A stretch of 61,727 bases of DNA, counting the filler, from Choristocarpus tenellus KU-1152 (lineage: Eukaryota > Protista > Phaeophyceae), in assembly GCA_964200185.2 (NCBI GenBank). It is 10 parts of 10 records of this genome, joined end to end, with 100 filler letters (N's around TTAATTAATTAA, not from the genome) between each part and the next. Parts side by side here need not be neighbours in the genome. Positions count along the whole stretch, not along the records: positions 32,290 to 38,979 come from CAXNAD020007558.1; positions 39,080 to 51,700 come from CAXNAD020001761.1; 8 more parts are not named here. One strand, given 5' to 3'. Below, piece by piece: positions 36,946 to 49,448 of this stretch. The notes below the pieces were generated by a model. It made no database searches. It was not told the DNA's origin and saw only the letters and a list, made by a program, of their open reading frames with translations. The position numbers and the translations under genes are program-made. The stretch's first letter is position 1. Each line of letters begins with the position of its first letter.

Positions 36946-39079
36946 GTGGGTTTTAACCATTTCATCAAATGCGGGAAGAACAAGGGATTCACCATAGATT
37001 CAACAGGAAATGGAGGGAATTGTATGCTTTGTTGAGGATGAGTACGTTTCATTAGGTCACTGTACATACTGCCTACGATAGTAGAGCGCTGCAAGGCGTG
37101 TGGTGACCTGGGAGGTTTTCTAGCACGGGGTGTTTAACAGGACCTCCAGCGTGGCTGCTCTATATAAATCCCCACATTTAGACAACCCTTGAACCCTGGA
37201 CATTTTACTTGTATTTGTTTTTCTGTTCCTTGTCCATGTTGAATGTTTGACAGCATAATTTCAATAGTCCAACGCGCCCTTGCACAGGTTCCCTCTGAAA
37301 TTTATTTCTTGTGAAGCGAGGGACACTTGAGATACCACAGACAGGATGGTAGGAGACCGAAACGGCTTACTCACCACCACTGTATCAAACAAAGCTAAGG
37401 TATACACCTAGGAGGACTTGTCAATCAAGCACATCAAGCACCGGTGCTTGTTATGAAGTATTGGTCTCTGGTCGACACAGCACAAACATTTCAGGGTTTG
37501 CATTAAAACTTACCCAATCCTTCATTGTGGCTGGGACAGGAAGTGAAGACTTATTTGTCTCATTTGCATGGAGCCCTGAAGGAGACATTGGACTGGGAGG
37601 AGCTTTTAGAATGCAAGGCCACAAGTGTCAAACGTCTGGTTCAGGTGTGGGAAAGCGTAGTTATGAGGTAAAGTGATCATGGCAATAATAGTAATGGGGA
37701 AGGGAAGGTTGCAGGGTGGATATATCCTACTGACTGATTATTAATTGATGGCGAATTGACTTTGCTAATTGTTGTTTTCATCCTATTCCTTCTACTTCTA
37801 AACATAACTCATATTCAAATATTATTTTGATTGTACCAATCGCTTCTAAACGAGTAAGGGCTTCTAGTATGGCAACTATCTTCTCCATACTAATGATACA
37901 CTCTGTTAACACTACTGGAAGTGTGCATTTTGCACAAGCAATCCTGTGGCCGTTCACACCGCTAGCACCAGCCTCCCACATCCACCTTGAATGTTTGTTC
38001 AGTCAACCCTTTCAATAGCATGTCTGAAAAATGCCCACCCATACATCCATGCCTGTTACGTACACCTTACCAGATTCTTACTAGGCATTCAACAGCTGAA
38101 ATCAAGAACGAGAAGTGGCAAGGTTGTCAAGATCAGGGAAGGGAGGAACAGACAGAGATTGAGGTGGATTTTCCAATAAAAGCTCCTTGTGTTTCCTTCA
38201 TATGTCTTGTTCCCTCCATCTCAGAATCTTTCCTTGAGAAATTACTCCATCACATAAGTCTGCGAGGTTAAAGATATCCACTCTTTGTTTCAACTGTTTT
38301 CTTCACCAATATGAAGACTTTCCCAGCGATGTATGGCTCAAAGTGAAGTGTCTGGAAATTATTGTTCAGATGGGATTCTTGGTTTTCGCATTTTGTTCCG
38401 AAATAATTGTGAATCTGTTCCGAGAAATTGAACCGAAAAACGGTCCTTTTTGACCCTATTTTTCGTGGATGCGGTACGCCCGATAACGGGTACAGTGTTG
38501 GCAGTCGCCTCCTGCATCAACTTTGTTGTGCCATAACTTTTGATCAACAACGATTTTTTTGGTGAAAATTCGTTTGTTGTAATCACATCACCATGCTTAA
38601 CCGTATTTGATGGGTCTCGGTTGGTCAACTTGGAGTAATCGTGAGAAATACAGGGCCATACTTTAATCAAGTAGCCGCACGCGAACCACGCACGTACGGA
38701 CGATTTTGACGCCAGAAGAGGCCATCTTCACTGGGAGAACATGTGCGTTGTTGTGTCTCCATTTTCTTTCCACTATTTCCCGTTTATGCGATGTTGTCAC
38801 CTGCTGACTAAGGCTCACTCATGGGGGCCTGGGTCTCTGAACCAGACAATATATGCTAAGTCAAATGAGGTATTTTGAAGGTGCAGGCCTCCTGTGAGAC
38901 TTAAATATCTTGTACACCCTATCCAATTCGGTGCACTCTATGCCCTTCTCGTTGGAATATATCAGGTGGTAAGCAATACNNNNNNNNNNNNNNNNNNNNN
39001 NNNNNNNNNNNNNNNNNNNNNNNTTAATTAATTAANNNNNNNNNNNNNNNNNNNNNNNNNNNNNNNNNNNNNNNNNNNN

Positions 39080-42000
39080 CCATACATCCCTCCTGCTCCC
39101 CTTTCCCCCTGCATAAATTCTCTACCCCCCTCCCCCCTGTATCCACAGCAGAGAGCGGGAAGATCAAATATGAACACTTCGTTCATAGTGGATACCTGTA
39201 ACACCCACATGGGCAAGAGGTACAACGTAAGGGGCAAGTGCAGGAGCCAGTACCAGTACCAGTACCAGTACCAGTACCAGTACCGAATCAGCGCCATGAT
39301 AATAATTATGGGCATGACACTAGTGAGAGTATTCATATCCAACATGGCCTGAGCGAGACAGTGGAGTTGAATCCCTCTAAGCAAAAGGATGAGTAAGAGA
39401 GGAAACACTGCCAGGAAAAGGGTCTTGAACAATGAAAATGTTACTAGTATTGTTTGGTCTTCTGTATTTCTCAATAATTATCCAACCAAAAAATGAGCAA
39501 TTTGCGAAAAAGACCTTATCTGCCTCTATGCCCACTCTGCTAATTGCTGAGTGCGGGCCTTTTCTAATCAGAGATGTTAGTGTGGGTATCCTCTCCATAC
39601 ACTACATCACTACATCACTTCTGTCTTTGAATACCTGTCGTTTTCGTTCACCACTACTGAAAAAAAAATCATGGATAGCTTTCACTAAAACAACCCATAT
39701 ATCAATGTTAGCAAAAAAAATGTAGTCAAAACCCAAGTTATGCCTACCCATCACAATTCAACCCTTGCATACCTATCCTCCTTCCCTTCAAAGCGACAAA
39801 ACCAAATAGAAGCACTTACTCCTTACATGACTCCCTCTTTCCTGCCCCTCACGACAGTATCAATAAACCACGGTCACATCAACCTTTCTCTCCCCTCCCC
39901 AATACCTAAAATGCTCATCCCCCCTTCCCCCACATACTTGCCTGTAGTATAGACGCAATTTCCACCTCCTTGATATGCTTCTCACCCTTCCCTTTGTGCT
40001 TCCCGTTCTGCGCACATCCTCTTCCCCCTTCCCCCCCAGCCACTGCTCTACCCCTTTTTCCCATCACTCCTCTAGCATGCCGTGCTCCACTGCCAAAATC
40101 AAGCCCTGTGGGGGGCCACTCCACATCCAAGCCAACACACCTCACCCCCTCTCCACCCTCCCCTATAGCTGGGGGGCAGGCAAGGGATTGACCAGCTCTC
40201 TCAAGTGTGGCAAGGGAGTCCACAATGACAACAGCTTGAGGATGGAGGTGACCAAGTGAGAGTTGGTTTGCCCTACGGGCCAGCTCTTGCTCCTTGGCCT
40301 CTTCTAAGCTGATTTCGGGAACAAAACTCTCCAGGCGAAACTCCTTCCTGGGCATAGAAGGTGAAGTTTTGAAGTTAGCACACAGTCGTCCCTACTATAT
40401 GTCTCAGGGTTTCGAATTCGAGTCAGTGCCGGTGATTGTTGAATCATTGTAGAAATTTCCCAGGAGAGTCAGGATCTCTATTTGATAGACACAACTGGTT
40501 CATTCTTCTTAGATTACAAGTCTTTGGTTTTGACACAATTTTTTACAGGAACCCACATTAAAAAGGGAATCAAACTCAAGACAGATATCGTGTTGGCAGG
40601 ACCTTCTCGTTGATTGAGATTGGGCCAAACTTCCACATTACACACAAGTATGCATGTGATTAGCACCAACTCCTACATCTGCTGTTCTCCTTGGGTACGA
40701 AAAACTGATCATAGGAGGAACAACAACATATCAAACACGAGCATACACACTGACTCATGTCTTCAGTCCTTCCAAATTGGTTCACATTTCTCAGAAGACA
40801 AATTTCCACAGAAATAGTAACACAATCCCCTTTGGACCCTGCTATAATCTATGCCAAACCTCTTTTATCTCTCACTATCAATCCGAATTCTAGATCATCC
40901 TAATCTACCAATCTATGTCGTTAAAGTGCTCTCAAGTGACCATAAAATTCCCTCCTCCACTCCCTGTCCACCTGCCACCCCTGCAAAACATAATACCCCT
41001 TCCACATTTCTCCTCTTTCCACCTGAGCTGTATTGCAGCTCTCAACTCCCCAACTTCCACCAGATGTCGCACAAGCCATTCTCTCATAACAGCATTATGT
41101 GCCATTTTCCCTGCAAGGGCCCACTGTCCTCTCTTCACGATTTTGGCAAGCTTCTGCTGTCGTTGTTCAAGTACCAACTCTGGAAAGTCCAATTCCCGGC
41201 CCCACTCCCTCATATAACCAACAGCCAAGTCCCGGCGCCCATGATGTATTGACAATCTGATGAAAGCGTTCCCCAGTTCCTGTGAGGGCTGAGACAAATT
41301 CTTTTTCACCTTAACTGCCCCTGCCCCTGCCCCTGCCCCTGCCCCCTGCCCTTGGGAACGACCAGAAGGAGGGTTGACATCAATTGCTGATGCTCCCATC
41401 GATGCTGCCATTGCTGCACGGATGATTTTATTCCCCCAAGACCACTCGTTATTGCCAAAGGCGGCGGCAACAAGCTATTTGATTGGTATTAGTATCATTG
41501 AACGCAAAACAAACACGGAACGGGAGGAAAGTTAAGCGTGAGAGGGAGAGAGGTGGCAATGATACACGTCAGGGAGGTCAGTATATGACTCACGTAGGGT
41601 CACCTACAGAAGGTGGGGGGAGGGTGGATCTTTGATGGGAGGAGGTTCAGGCCTGTGTGAAAATGGAGGGTGTTTGCTTTTGTGCAATATAGGCTAGGTG
41701 GTCTATAGAAACTACTGAGTCAATACTTCTGTTGTTTAGTGTTGGTCACTAAACACATGACTCTATAGACTACCTAGCCTATATTGCACAGCTTCTACTA
41801 CAGTGCTCTGTAGGCCTCTCTCTTTGCATAAAACTCCACACTATTGTCTTACGGTGGAAATGGTTTCATTTCAAGCATCACTTCTATCCATGAACTTTAA
41901 ATTCAAGGGCAAACATACTGATGAATCATGTAGAATACTGACTTACCTGCCGAACAAAAAGATTTGTACAATGACAGCAGACGTATTGTATACTCCGCTA

Positions 42001-43775
42001 TTGTCCCATTACATATGGAGAATAAGGAGCCATACATGGCAATTATCTCCACCCCCCACTGACTAAAGAAAGTCATTCCAAACACAAGGCAGCAAGATGT
42101 GAGCTCAGACTCTCAGAACACATGGGGTGCGCAGACTGCTGAACTGTGGAGTTGAGTATGGGTTAACGAGGTCAACCCTCAAACCAAATCCACAACCCCT
42201 CTCCTATCCAAAAAATACCACCTCACAATCTCATGAACACAAGACCTCCCTCCCAAAAAATTAAACTTCAACACCCAAAGCTCCTCGGATTTCCCTTCCT
42301 TCACCCTGTACCTCGACAGGGTTTAACCCAAGCTCCTCCTCACCACCGAAGAACGCCACCATCTGTACAAGCTGAGGCCAGTCAGGCTCCAATCCTTCTG
42401 TGTGTCCAACCCCCCGAAGCTGGGATACATACGCCTGCACCTTGGCCTTGATGTCTGTGACCACTTCCCCTGGTCCCCACACCCTTTTCCCTGTAGATGT
42501 CTCCCTTACACCAACACCCAGAGCTATGATAGACTGAATGGGGATGGAAGGTTGAGGGTAGAAACCGGAACGTGAGAGGAGGAGGGGGAGTGAAGTGTTT
42601 GAATATGAGGAACAGGGGGGTCATTAGAAGAAAGACAAAGGTGAAAAGCAAGTGTGCTGTCAGAATATGACTGATAGGTGGTGCCGGGGGTGTGAGAAAT
42701 AATTAGGTGGGGGGCTAAGTTTCTTGACAGTGCACTTCACACTGTAGTGCTGGAACATTTGGTTGCATGACCATTCGCTACTCCATATAATCCTGAACAG
42801 CAGGGACAGACCCAGCCAATACGAACTCCATTCAGAAAACACCCTAGTAGATGTTAGGGTGGTAGTCAACGGTTTAGGTACCTCAGAAAACGTAAACCCC
42901 AATGCTATAATAGTGCTAACCTCAAACATTCGCACCGATATTCCACTACAACATACAACATACAAGACAATGCTTGAAGCCCATGTCCTCAAAACCATAC
43001 ACTGTCCAGGACCATATTGAAGACTGCCAAGCTCAGCAACCTACATAGCATCATGACATGCGGTCTATACCAGTGCATCATATCCACGGTGATGCCCACC
43101 CTCCAACTCCAGGGTCGTCTACCGCCGTGTACAATGGAAGCAAGATTTCCACCCCGGCTGGTGTCAGCTGTTGCGGTACCATTGCTGTGTACATTAGCTC
43201 AACCCTTGTTTAGCACAGAAATCTACCACAAAAAAGAAGCTGTCAAATAGAGAAGGCAAAGGAAACACTAAATCCTTCACCCACCTGTGTCACCACATCA
43301 GTCGGGAATTTAGCTCTAACAGAAGTATCTTCATCATTACTGCTCAGGCTACCACCTTCACCTCCTCCAGACCTGCCACCATTCCGCCCTACCACCAATC
43401 CTGCACTGCATTGCGCAACCTTGCTTCCACAGGCCTCGTCTAGGAATTGTGCCAGCTCCAACTCCGGAAATTCCTTTCCTCCCAGCCGAAGATCGCGAGC
43501 TAAATGAGGACTAACGTGAGCAATTTCTTGTCGGGCCTGTTGCAATGCCTGCATAGGCATGAGGGTCAGGGAGCTTGCCAGCGGGGTGGCGGGCGTGGAG
43601 CAGGAATGGTGCACGATGGCTAAGCAGGCTGTGACGATCGATCGCGGGGAGTTGGGCCTCGAAGAGCGAAGGACTCCCACCATGCACTTAGAGAGCTCAG
43701 TCTGCGCTTTACTGACCATAAGAGGGCACTGGAGCATTGTGAGGGACATGTTTGCGGGGGGGGGTTGGTCGCGAA
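39080..43775 (-). CDS. DEDDy 3'-5' exonuclease, EXD3/Mut-7-like, partial multi-exon (possible first exon ~44530-44812)
   Basis: Exo I motif CVGLDVEWPP preceded by VVIVDSLATL; ASILQ|VSTMNEVFIFDL joined across a GC-AG intron (39941-39196); upstream helical exons at ~41025-41475, ~42315-42490 and ~43285-43775. Confidence 0.75.
41681..41790. mobile_element. 110-bp TG...CA hairpin MITE in an exonuclease intron
   Basis: TGTGCAATATAGGCTAGGTGGTCTATAGA / TCTATAGACTACCTAGCCTATATTGCACA (28/29 inverted match); flanks GCTTT / GCTTC. Confidence 0.8.
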
Positions 43776-44961
43776 CTTGTAAAAAGAAAGACTTTCAGGT
43801 CTTCGTGCTCAAGACAGGGGCATCAGGAAGGGAGGTCAAGAACAGAGCAGAACGGTACACCTCAGACAACATTTAGAAGGGTGTGCATTTAGAGGAGGTA
43901 AACACTCTTGAAGAGAGATACCAACCACGGCAAAGTGTGAAGTCCCGAGAAGCATTGTGCTGGGAATTCGTGGTGCAAGGAGGCATGCTGAGGACGAAAT
44001 GTGACCGGATGAACAGGTTCCAATCAATGAGCAGAGCTGCCATAAACAATCACAAATCTTGGGAACATCTCAACTAACGTGCTGAGAATTCGCACAGAAA
44101 TTCGTACAATGTGCCATTAGGACCAAGCCTGCAGGTATAGACCACTAAACACCTATCGAGAGGTCGAGTATAGGGGTAATGCTAGGCAAGATGCTTGAAT
44201 GAAGCAGAGGTTTGTCCATGTGAACGGATAATCTCCATCACAAATAGCAAAGAAAAGAAGAGCATGAAGCCTGGAGCCATAAACAAAGCTCCTCCACTTC
44301 CACATTATAGTGTCAATCCTCGAGTAGTACACCTGAGTCAGACCACAACTTGTAGGGGGGATATCCCGCTGTCTTGTGGAGGCAATAAGTGTGTATGGAG
44401 TCAGGGGTGAGGTATATTGAAGTTCATTGATGGGCAGTATGAGACACGGACAGTGAGTCTAACGATATTTTCTAGCCTCTATTCGATAGGTTCGACACGG
44501 AGACACATAACCTTAATTATCGCACCCCCTCACATTGTAGATATCAGCCAAAATGGCACCAAACTCCGGACTGACAAAACAGTAGTTTCGCCCATTGCTC
44601 CAATCCGAGGGTGTATCAAGGAGGGTCTTAAATGCCAGTCCCAGCCGCTGCAATATTGATGCCTCGGTCTTCACCATACTTCTATTTAGACCACAGGAAG
44701 TTCTTTCGTTTGTTAAACTTATGGAATGGTGGTGAGTTGAATGGGGTATGACATCGTCCATGAATTGAACCTCATGCGAACAATAATCAAAGATGTTCAA
44801 AATGTTATCCATTAAACCTCACATAAAAATCAAAAGTGTCAAAAATGTCAAAGGAAGATAGGTGTCTCTCGTCCTGACGAAAAGATAGTTTACAAAAGCA
44901 ACCCTGTGTCTGTCTCAACTTACCTTGCGAAGACAGTCAATTATAGTTGGACTGCAAAAGT

Positions 44962-47900
44962 ATGAGGCTGGTCTTGTGCCTCGCCCTCGTCCTTCTATGC
45001 AGCCAGAACTTTAGTGGAGACCGCGTGACTGTTGCAGCAAACCTCGAAGCCACATCTGATCCACCAGTGGAAAGCCCTCCCTCGTCTGTAGATGAGGCAG
45101 TTGATGTAGACGTGAAGGTAGAGACCCCTGGTGATCTTGACGCAAAGTTAGTAGGAGGAGAAGATGGGAACGTAGTGGGGGAGACAGAGGTGGGTGGAGA
45201 GGAGGATGGAGACATAAGTGTCGGAAGGGAGGCTGGGGAGGTTGCTGAGGATTTGACGGAGGCAGTGGAAGAGGATGCAACTGGGGTATCGAAGGATGCG
45301 CAGGAGATTTCAGTCGAGGAGATGGGTGAACAGGCTTCAACTGCAAGGGAAGTACTAAAGGGGGGGAACGAAGGTGCCACGAGATCAAATAACCCTTTCG
45401 TACGGGCCTTCAAGGGGTACGACGAACTACTAAAGAAGCATTATCTGAAGCTTTCCTTTGTGCAGGTGAGGCTCACATAGTTAAGGATTCTTTGTGGCGG
45501 TGATCAAATCTATAGCGCATGTGCTTACCGCTGGTACAGTGCTTGATACAGATTTGTTGAGCCCAACAGTAATGCCACGCTGAGTTCATTGCATCGAAAA
45601 CCTCTGGACCCAGTTAGAATGGTTTGCCATGCTCACAATGCTATATTGTTTTGGTTCAATCTTTCACTCAGAGTAGCTAGACCCGTGTCCAGTGTGTGAA
45701 TCTTGATGCCCTTGGACACGTCCCTTACCCTCATCCCTCACATTGTACCCCCAACCAACCAAACCTCTCTCTCTCATTGAAGGGTCTCATTATTGCGCCC
45801 ACTCCTACCCACGCGTCCAAACCTCCCCTTCTCCATCACCTATTCCTCTCCTCTCTCGGCTTTATGTCACTCCATCCAACTTATGTTTGCCAGGCCACTA
45901 CTTTAGGAGTGGTTGGGGACACACTTGCTCAGTACATCGAGCACAGGAGAGGAAAGGATCCGCATCTTCAACCCAGTTGGTTTAATCGCCGCCGTGCTTT
46001 GGATGCGGGAATACTGACCATGGTGATTGGTGAGTGAAAAGGTGTCGAGTAGCAATCAGAGGTGGATTTGGGGGAGAGAGAGGATTCAACTTCCTTGCAG
46101 GTCATACCTTCAACATACATTCGCTGATCCTCTGTGATGGAGTAGGGCATTCTGGTTCATTGTTCATATCATGCCTTGCTCTCCACTTTCTATTGACTCC
46201 AATGACTCCCCTGCTTTGTTTACAGTAACCCTGTTGCTTCTCGTCCTCAGATGGCATCTTCACCCCTCAGTGGTATAACATACTTGAGCGTGTGAGTGAG
46301 AAAAGGACTCTGGGAGTGGTCCTGGGCAAGGCTTTTGCGGCCAGTGCTATCTACGGCCCATTTGCCAATGGTCTGTTCCTGGCAGGCGTACCTTTGCTAC
46401 GCCGTGGCTGGCAAGGGATCAAGGCAAGTGCCTCACACCCATCCCCCTACATACGTATACCATACATTCTTCTGCAGCCTAAGTTGCTGGAGGCGTTAAG
46501 TGGAGTTTTTTGTCCCATCCGAAAATTGTGGTTATTTCAATGATGATCTAAGCATTATTCTTAGAGCCTGTATATTGGGAAACCTTGCTTAGATCATCAT
46601 TAAAATCCTCATAGGCATTACTGGGTACCTTTCAACACAGTTTTTGCAAAGTTAATACTGGTGGTAACCACTATACTATGATTGTTGTTGGGAAGGAATA
46701 AAAATCGGACCTGTGGCGCAAACACTACACAGCTTTCTTACCCTGTTAGGCTTGGCAGCTATCCGTGCTTACCTCCGGTATCATTGTTGATGTGTCCATT
46801 CTCCCCCCAGTGTATATCTTGAGTACCCTGCATGCTCTGGACTGACACCTATCAGAGGGCGAGTCTTGTTTTGTACCTTGACCATTGCACAGTAGATAAC
46901 AGCTTGAGGTGCATAGTGAACTGCTCTGCCTGGATGGTGCTCTTAAAGTCACACAGACCCTGTCCACTTGTGCCACTCTGTCCCCTCCAATCAATTAACT
47001 CACTGCTCTTGTACACTAGTTTGATGGAAGGTGATGGAATAATGTTCCCTCTCAATTTTTGTTGGCACCTGGTTTGCATAATTCTCTGTGTCAACTTCGT
47101 TGACCCAAGTTTGTTTTATGTACGTATGTTTAGTCTTTACTTTCTGCTGGGTAGAATGGATATGGTCACAGCAAGGAGTTTCTAAGGTGGTGGTGGGCAT
47201 GGGGGGTGATACACCTGGCCCCATTTTGGGGGTGTTAGCTTGAGCACAATATATCAGGGGAAATCAAAAGGTGGACTGGTCAAAGCTGATACTCAGAGGC
47301 TTGATTATTTTGCACCTTTGAAGTGATTAGTGTATCGTTCTCCACTGCTGTATGGTGGTGCCATGTCCCGGGGTATATTGACTCCAAAATTTGGGAGAGA
47401 TAACCCTGCATCTTTGGTGTTGTTGACATTTTGAACAAATAGCTTGAAGTTATGTGACTCTCTCTACCGCTGTGTGCATCCTACGCCCCTACATTCCCCC
47501 TGTTTCAGTGCACAAAAAACATAGAAAAAGGATCAGGTAAGGGTACACCTTTATTTTCTGCGAAGGACACACCATGTATCCCTCCTGGGCAACCGTTTCA
47601 AACACAGCAAAAAAAAAAAAAAAATCTACGAAATTTGCTGCCATGCTATCTGTGGGCCAATGGGTCGCATAATATTTGGGAGGGGATATCCCTCATAATC
47701 TCGTGAGAATCACACTTTCTATGCCCCTTGCTACATGTATGGAACTGTGGGAGACACCTGAGAGTTCGCCTGGTTTGGTTTGAAATCATGTTCAGCCATG
47801 ATTTATGACCTATCGTAATTTGAATCAGAAAACAGAAAATCGAAGAAGTGACTGGATTGAGTTCTCGGTGCTGCATTGAAGTCCCAAGAAATACTTTTAT

Positions 47901-49246
47901 TGAGGGAGTTTTGCGGTGGATGATGTAGCCTCTCTTCCCTAATATTCCGTTCCCGATCATCCATGTGGAAGTACAGGGCCAATAACACTGAATCCCTTGC
48001 CCCACCCAACTGACCAGCCCGCCTCGCGCTCTAATCCACTGTTCATGTTCTCTTGACTGCACTTTATGGCTAATGATGTTTCAGGATGGCTTTGACTGGA
48101 CACTGTGGCGAAAACAACTTGCTGTAGCAATGATCAGGGATTTCCAGGTGTGTGATTGTTATCGCCATCCTCCCCTCCCCTCCCCTGCCGTGTCCTCTTA
48201 CTCCAAGCCAGTATGTAGTCACCAAATTGTGCTTTTAGCTTCTCTTCAGTGCTCGTATATTTTTTATTTGCTATGTTTGGGTTTTTCTGCCCCCCACTCC
48301 CCCTCACCATATTTCCCTTGGTTGGCAGTGGTGATGAGTTACGACCTCTAATCGCCATTTTCAATGTATGAAGATTGTTGACCGAAGTCAAGTCGGGACA
48401 ACCTCATTGTATTGCCACGTGTCTTCCTCTATAACCTGGCCAGTAGAAAGCGATCAATGACTCCAGCAGATGGGACGCTACTCCGGGGCTAGTACCGGGC
48501 AGGGGAAACCATGGATGTCACCCACGCCTCCATATATATATATATATATATATATACTACTCTGTACATATCAGCTCAGCCAATGCAATGGAAGTACACA
48601 AAAGTGCCATGAAAGCATCAACAACTCCCTGCACACAAGGCGTTGGAAACTGTTGCCACGTTCGAGTGTGATCTTGCAACACGACTTCTTTTTTTTCTCA
48701 TACAGAAGTCTCCGGCCACGCAGGTAGCTACGTAACGTGCTTACAAAGATGAGATTGGGCTTATCCGTTTAATATTTTTGTGTTGTGTACTGTCCAAGGG
48801 TTGCATCCCGTGTAACTTACGTAACTTCCACGGGAGAAGCGGTCACGATTAGTGCTCGACGGTACTCTCATAGTGTTTTTTTGTGTTATGGTGAGTACCC
48901 CTCACCTTCACACCGCCTTCGTGACTTTAGAAATATTGCACGTTTCACCACCGTGCTCTGGTTTCTATTGCCACATGTTGCTTTGCTGCCGTGCATGCTC
49001 GAGCAGATGTGGCCTCCACTGAATATCATCAGCTTCTGGCTGCTCCCAAAGCACTGGCGACCGCTGATGGCGCACGTCGTGGGGGTGGGTCTGATTGCTG
49101 TGCTTTCTTGCACCTCGCTTAGTGACAATGACCTCCCTTTGGGGGAGGCCTCGTTGCGATTGCTGAGGGGGTGGGCCGGTGAAGCCACGAACGGGGCAAG
49201 GGCGGGGGGTGCGTGGGTGGGAAAGAAGTTGGGCAGGCCAATCTGA
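44962..49246 (+). CDS. Mpv17/PMP22 family membrane protein with N-terminal signal peptide; exons 44962-45465, 45894-46029, 46251-46423, 48085-48147, 49007-49246
   Basis: YDELLKKHYL...TLGVVGDTLAQ...FNRRR...PQWYNILER...IYGPFANGLF...MWPPLNIISFWLLPKHWRPLMAHVVGVG; all junctions in phase (intron 3 is GC-AG); ATG to stop complete. Confidence 0.9.
46539..46601. repeat. 16-bp inverted repeat in Mpv17 intron 3
   Basis: AATGATGATCTAAGCA / TGCTTAGATCATCATT. Confidence 0.85.
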
Positions 49247-49411
49247 TCTTGTTTCCTGCCTTCGAGAGCAATCTTCCATAGTCCTACCTAGTTGTGTTTG
49301 GGAAAAGTGTTTGTGGGGCTTGATCTCTCAATTCCTTTTCTCACGAACACAATCCCATCACCCCGTGCTACAACCGTACCATATATGACCCCCTGAGGTG
49401 CCCCCTTGAAA

Positions 49412-49448
<37 letters not shown>

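Noticed and set aside
39028-39474. ORF with YWYWYW repeat
   Set aside because: (CCAGTA)n intronic microsatellite; only 39195-39080 is a real exon
44937-45413. Ser/Thr/Pro-rich minus-strand ORFs
   Set aside because: Antisense of Mpv17 exon 1
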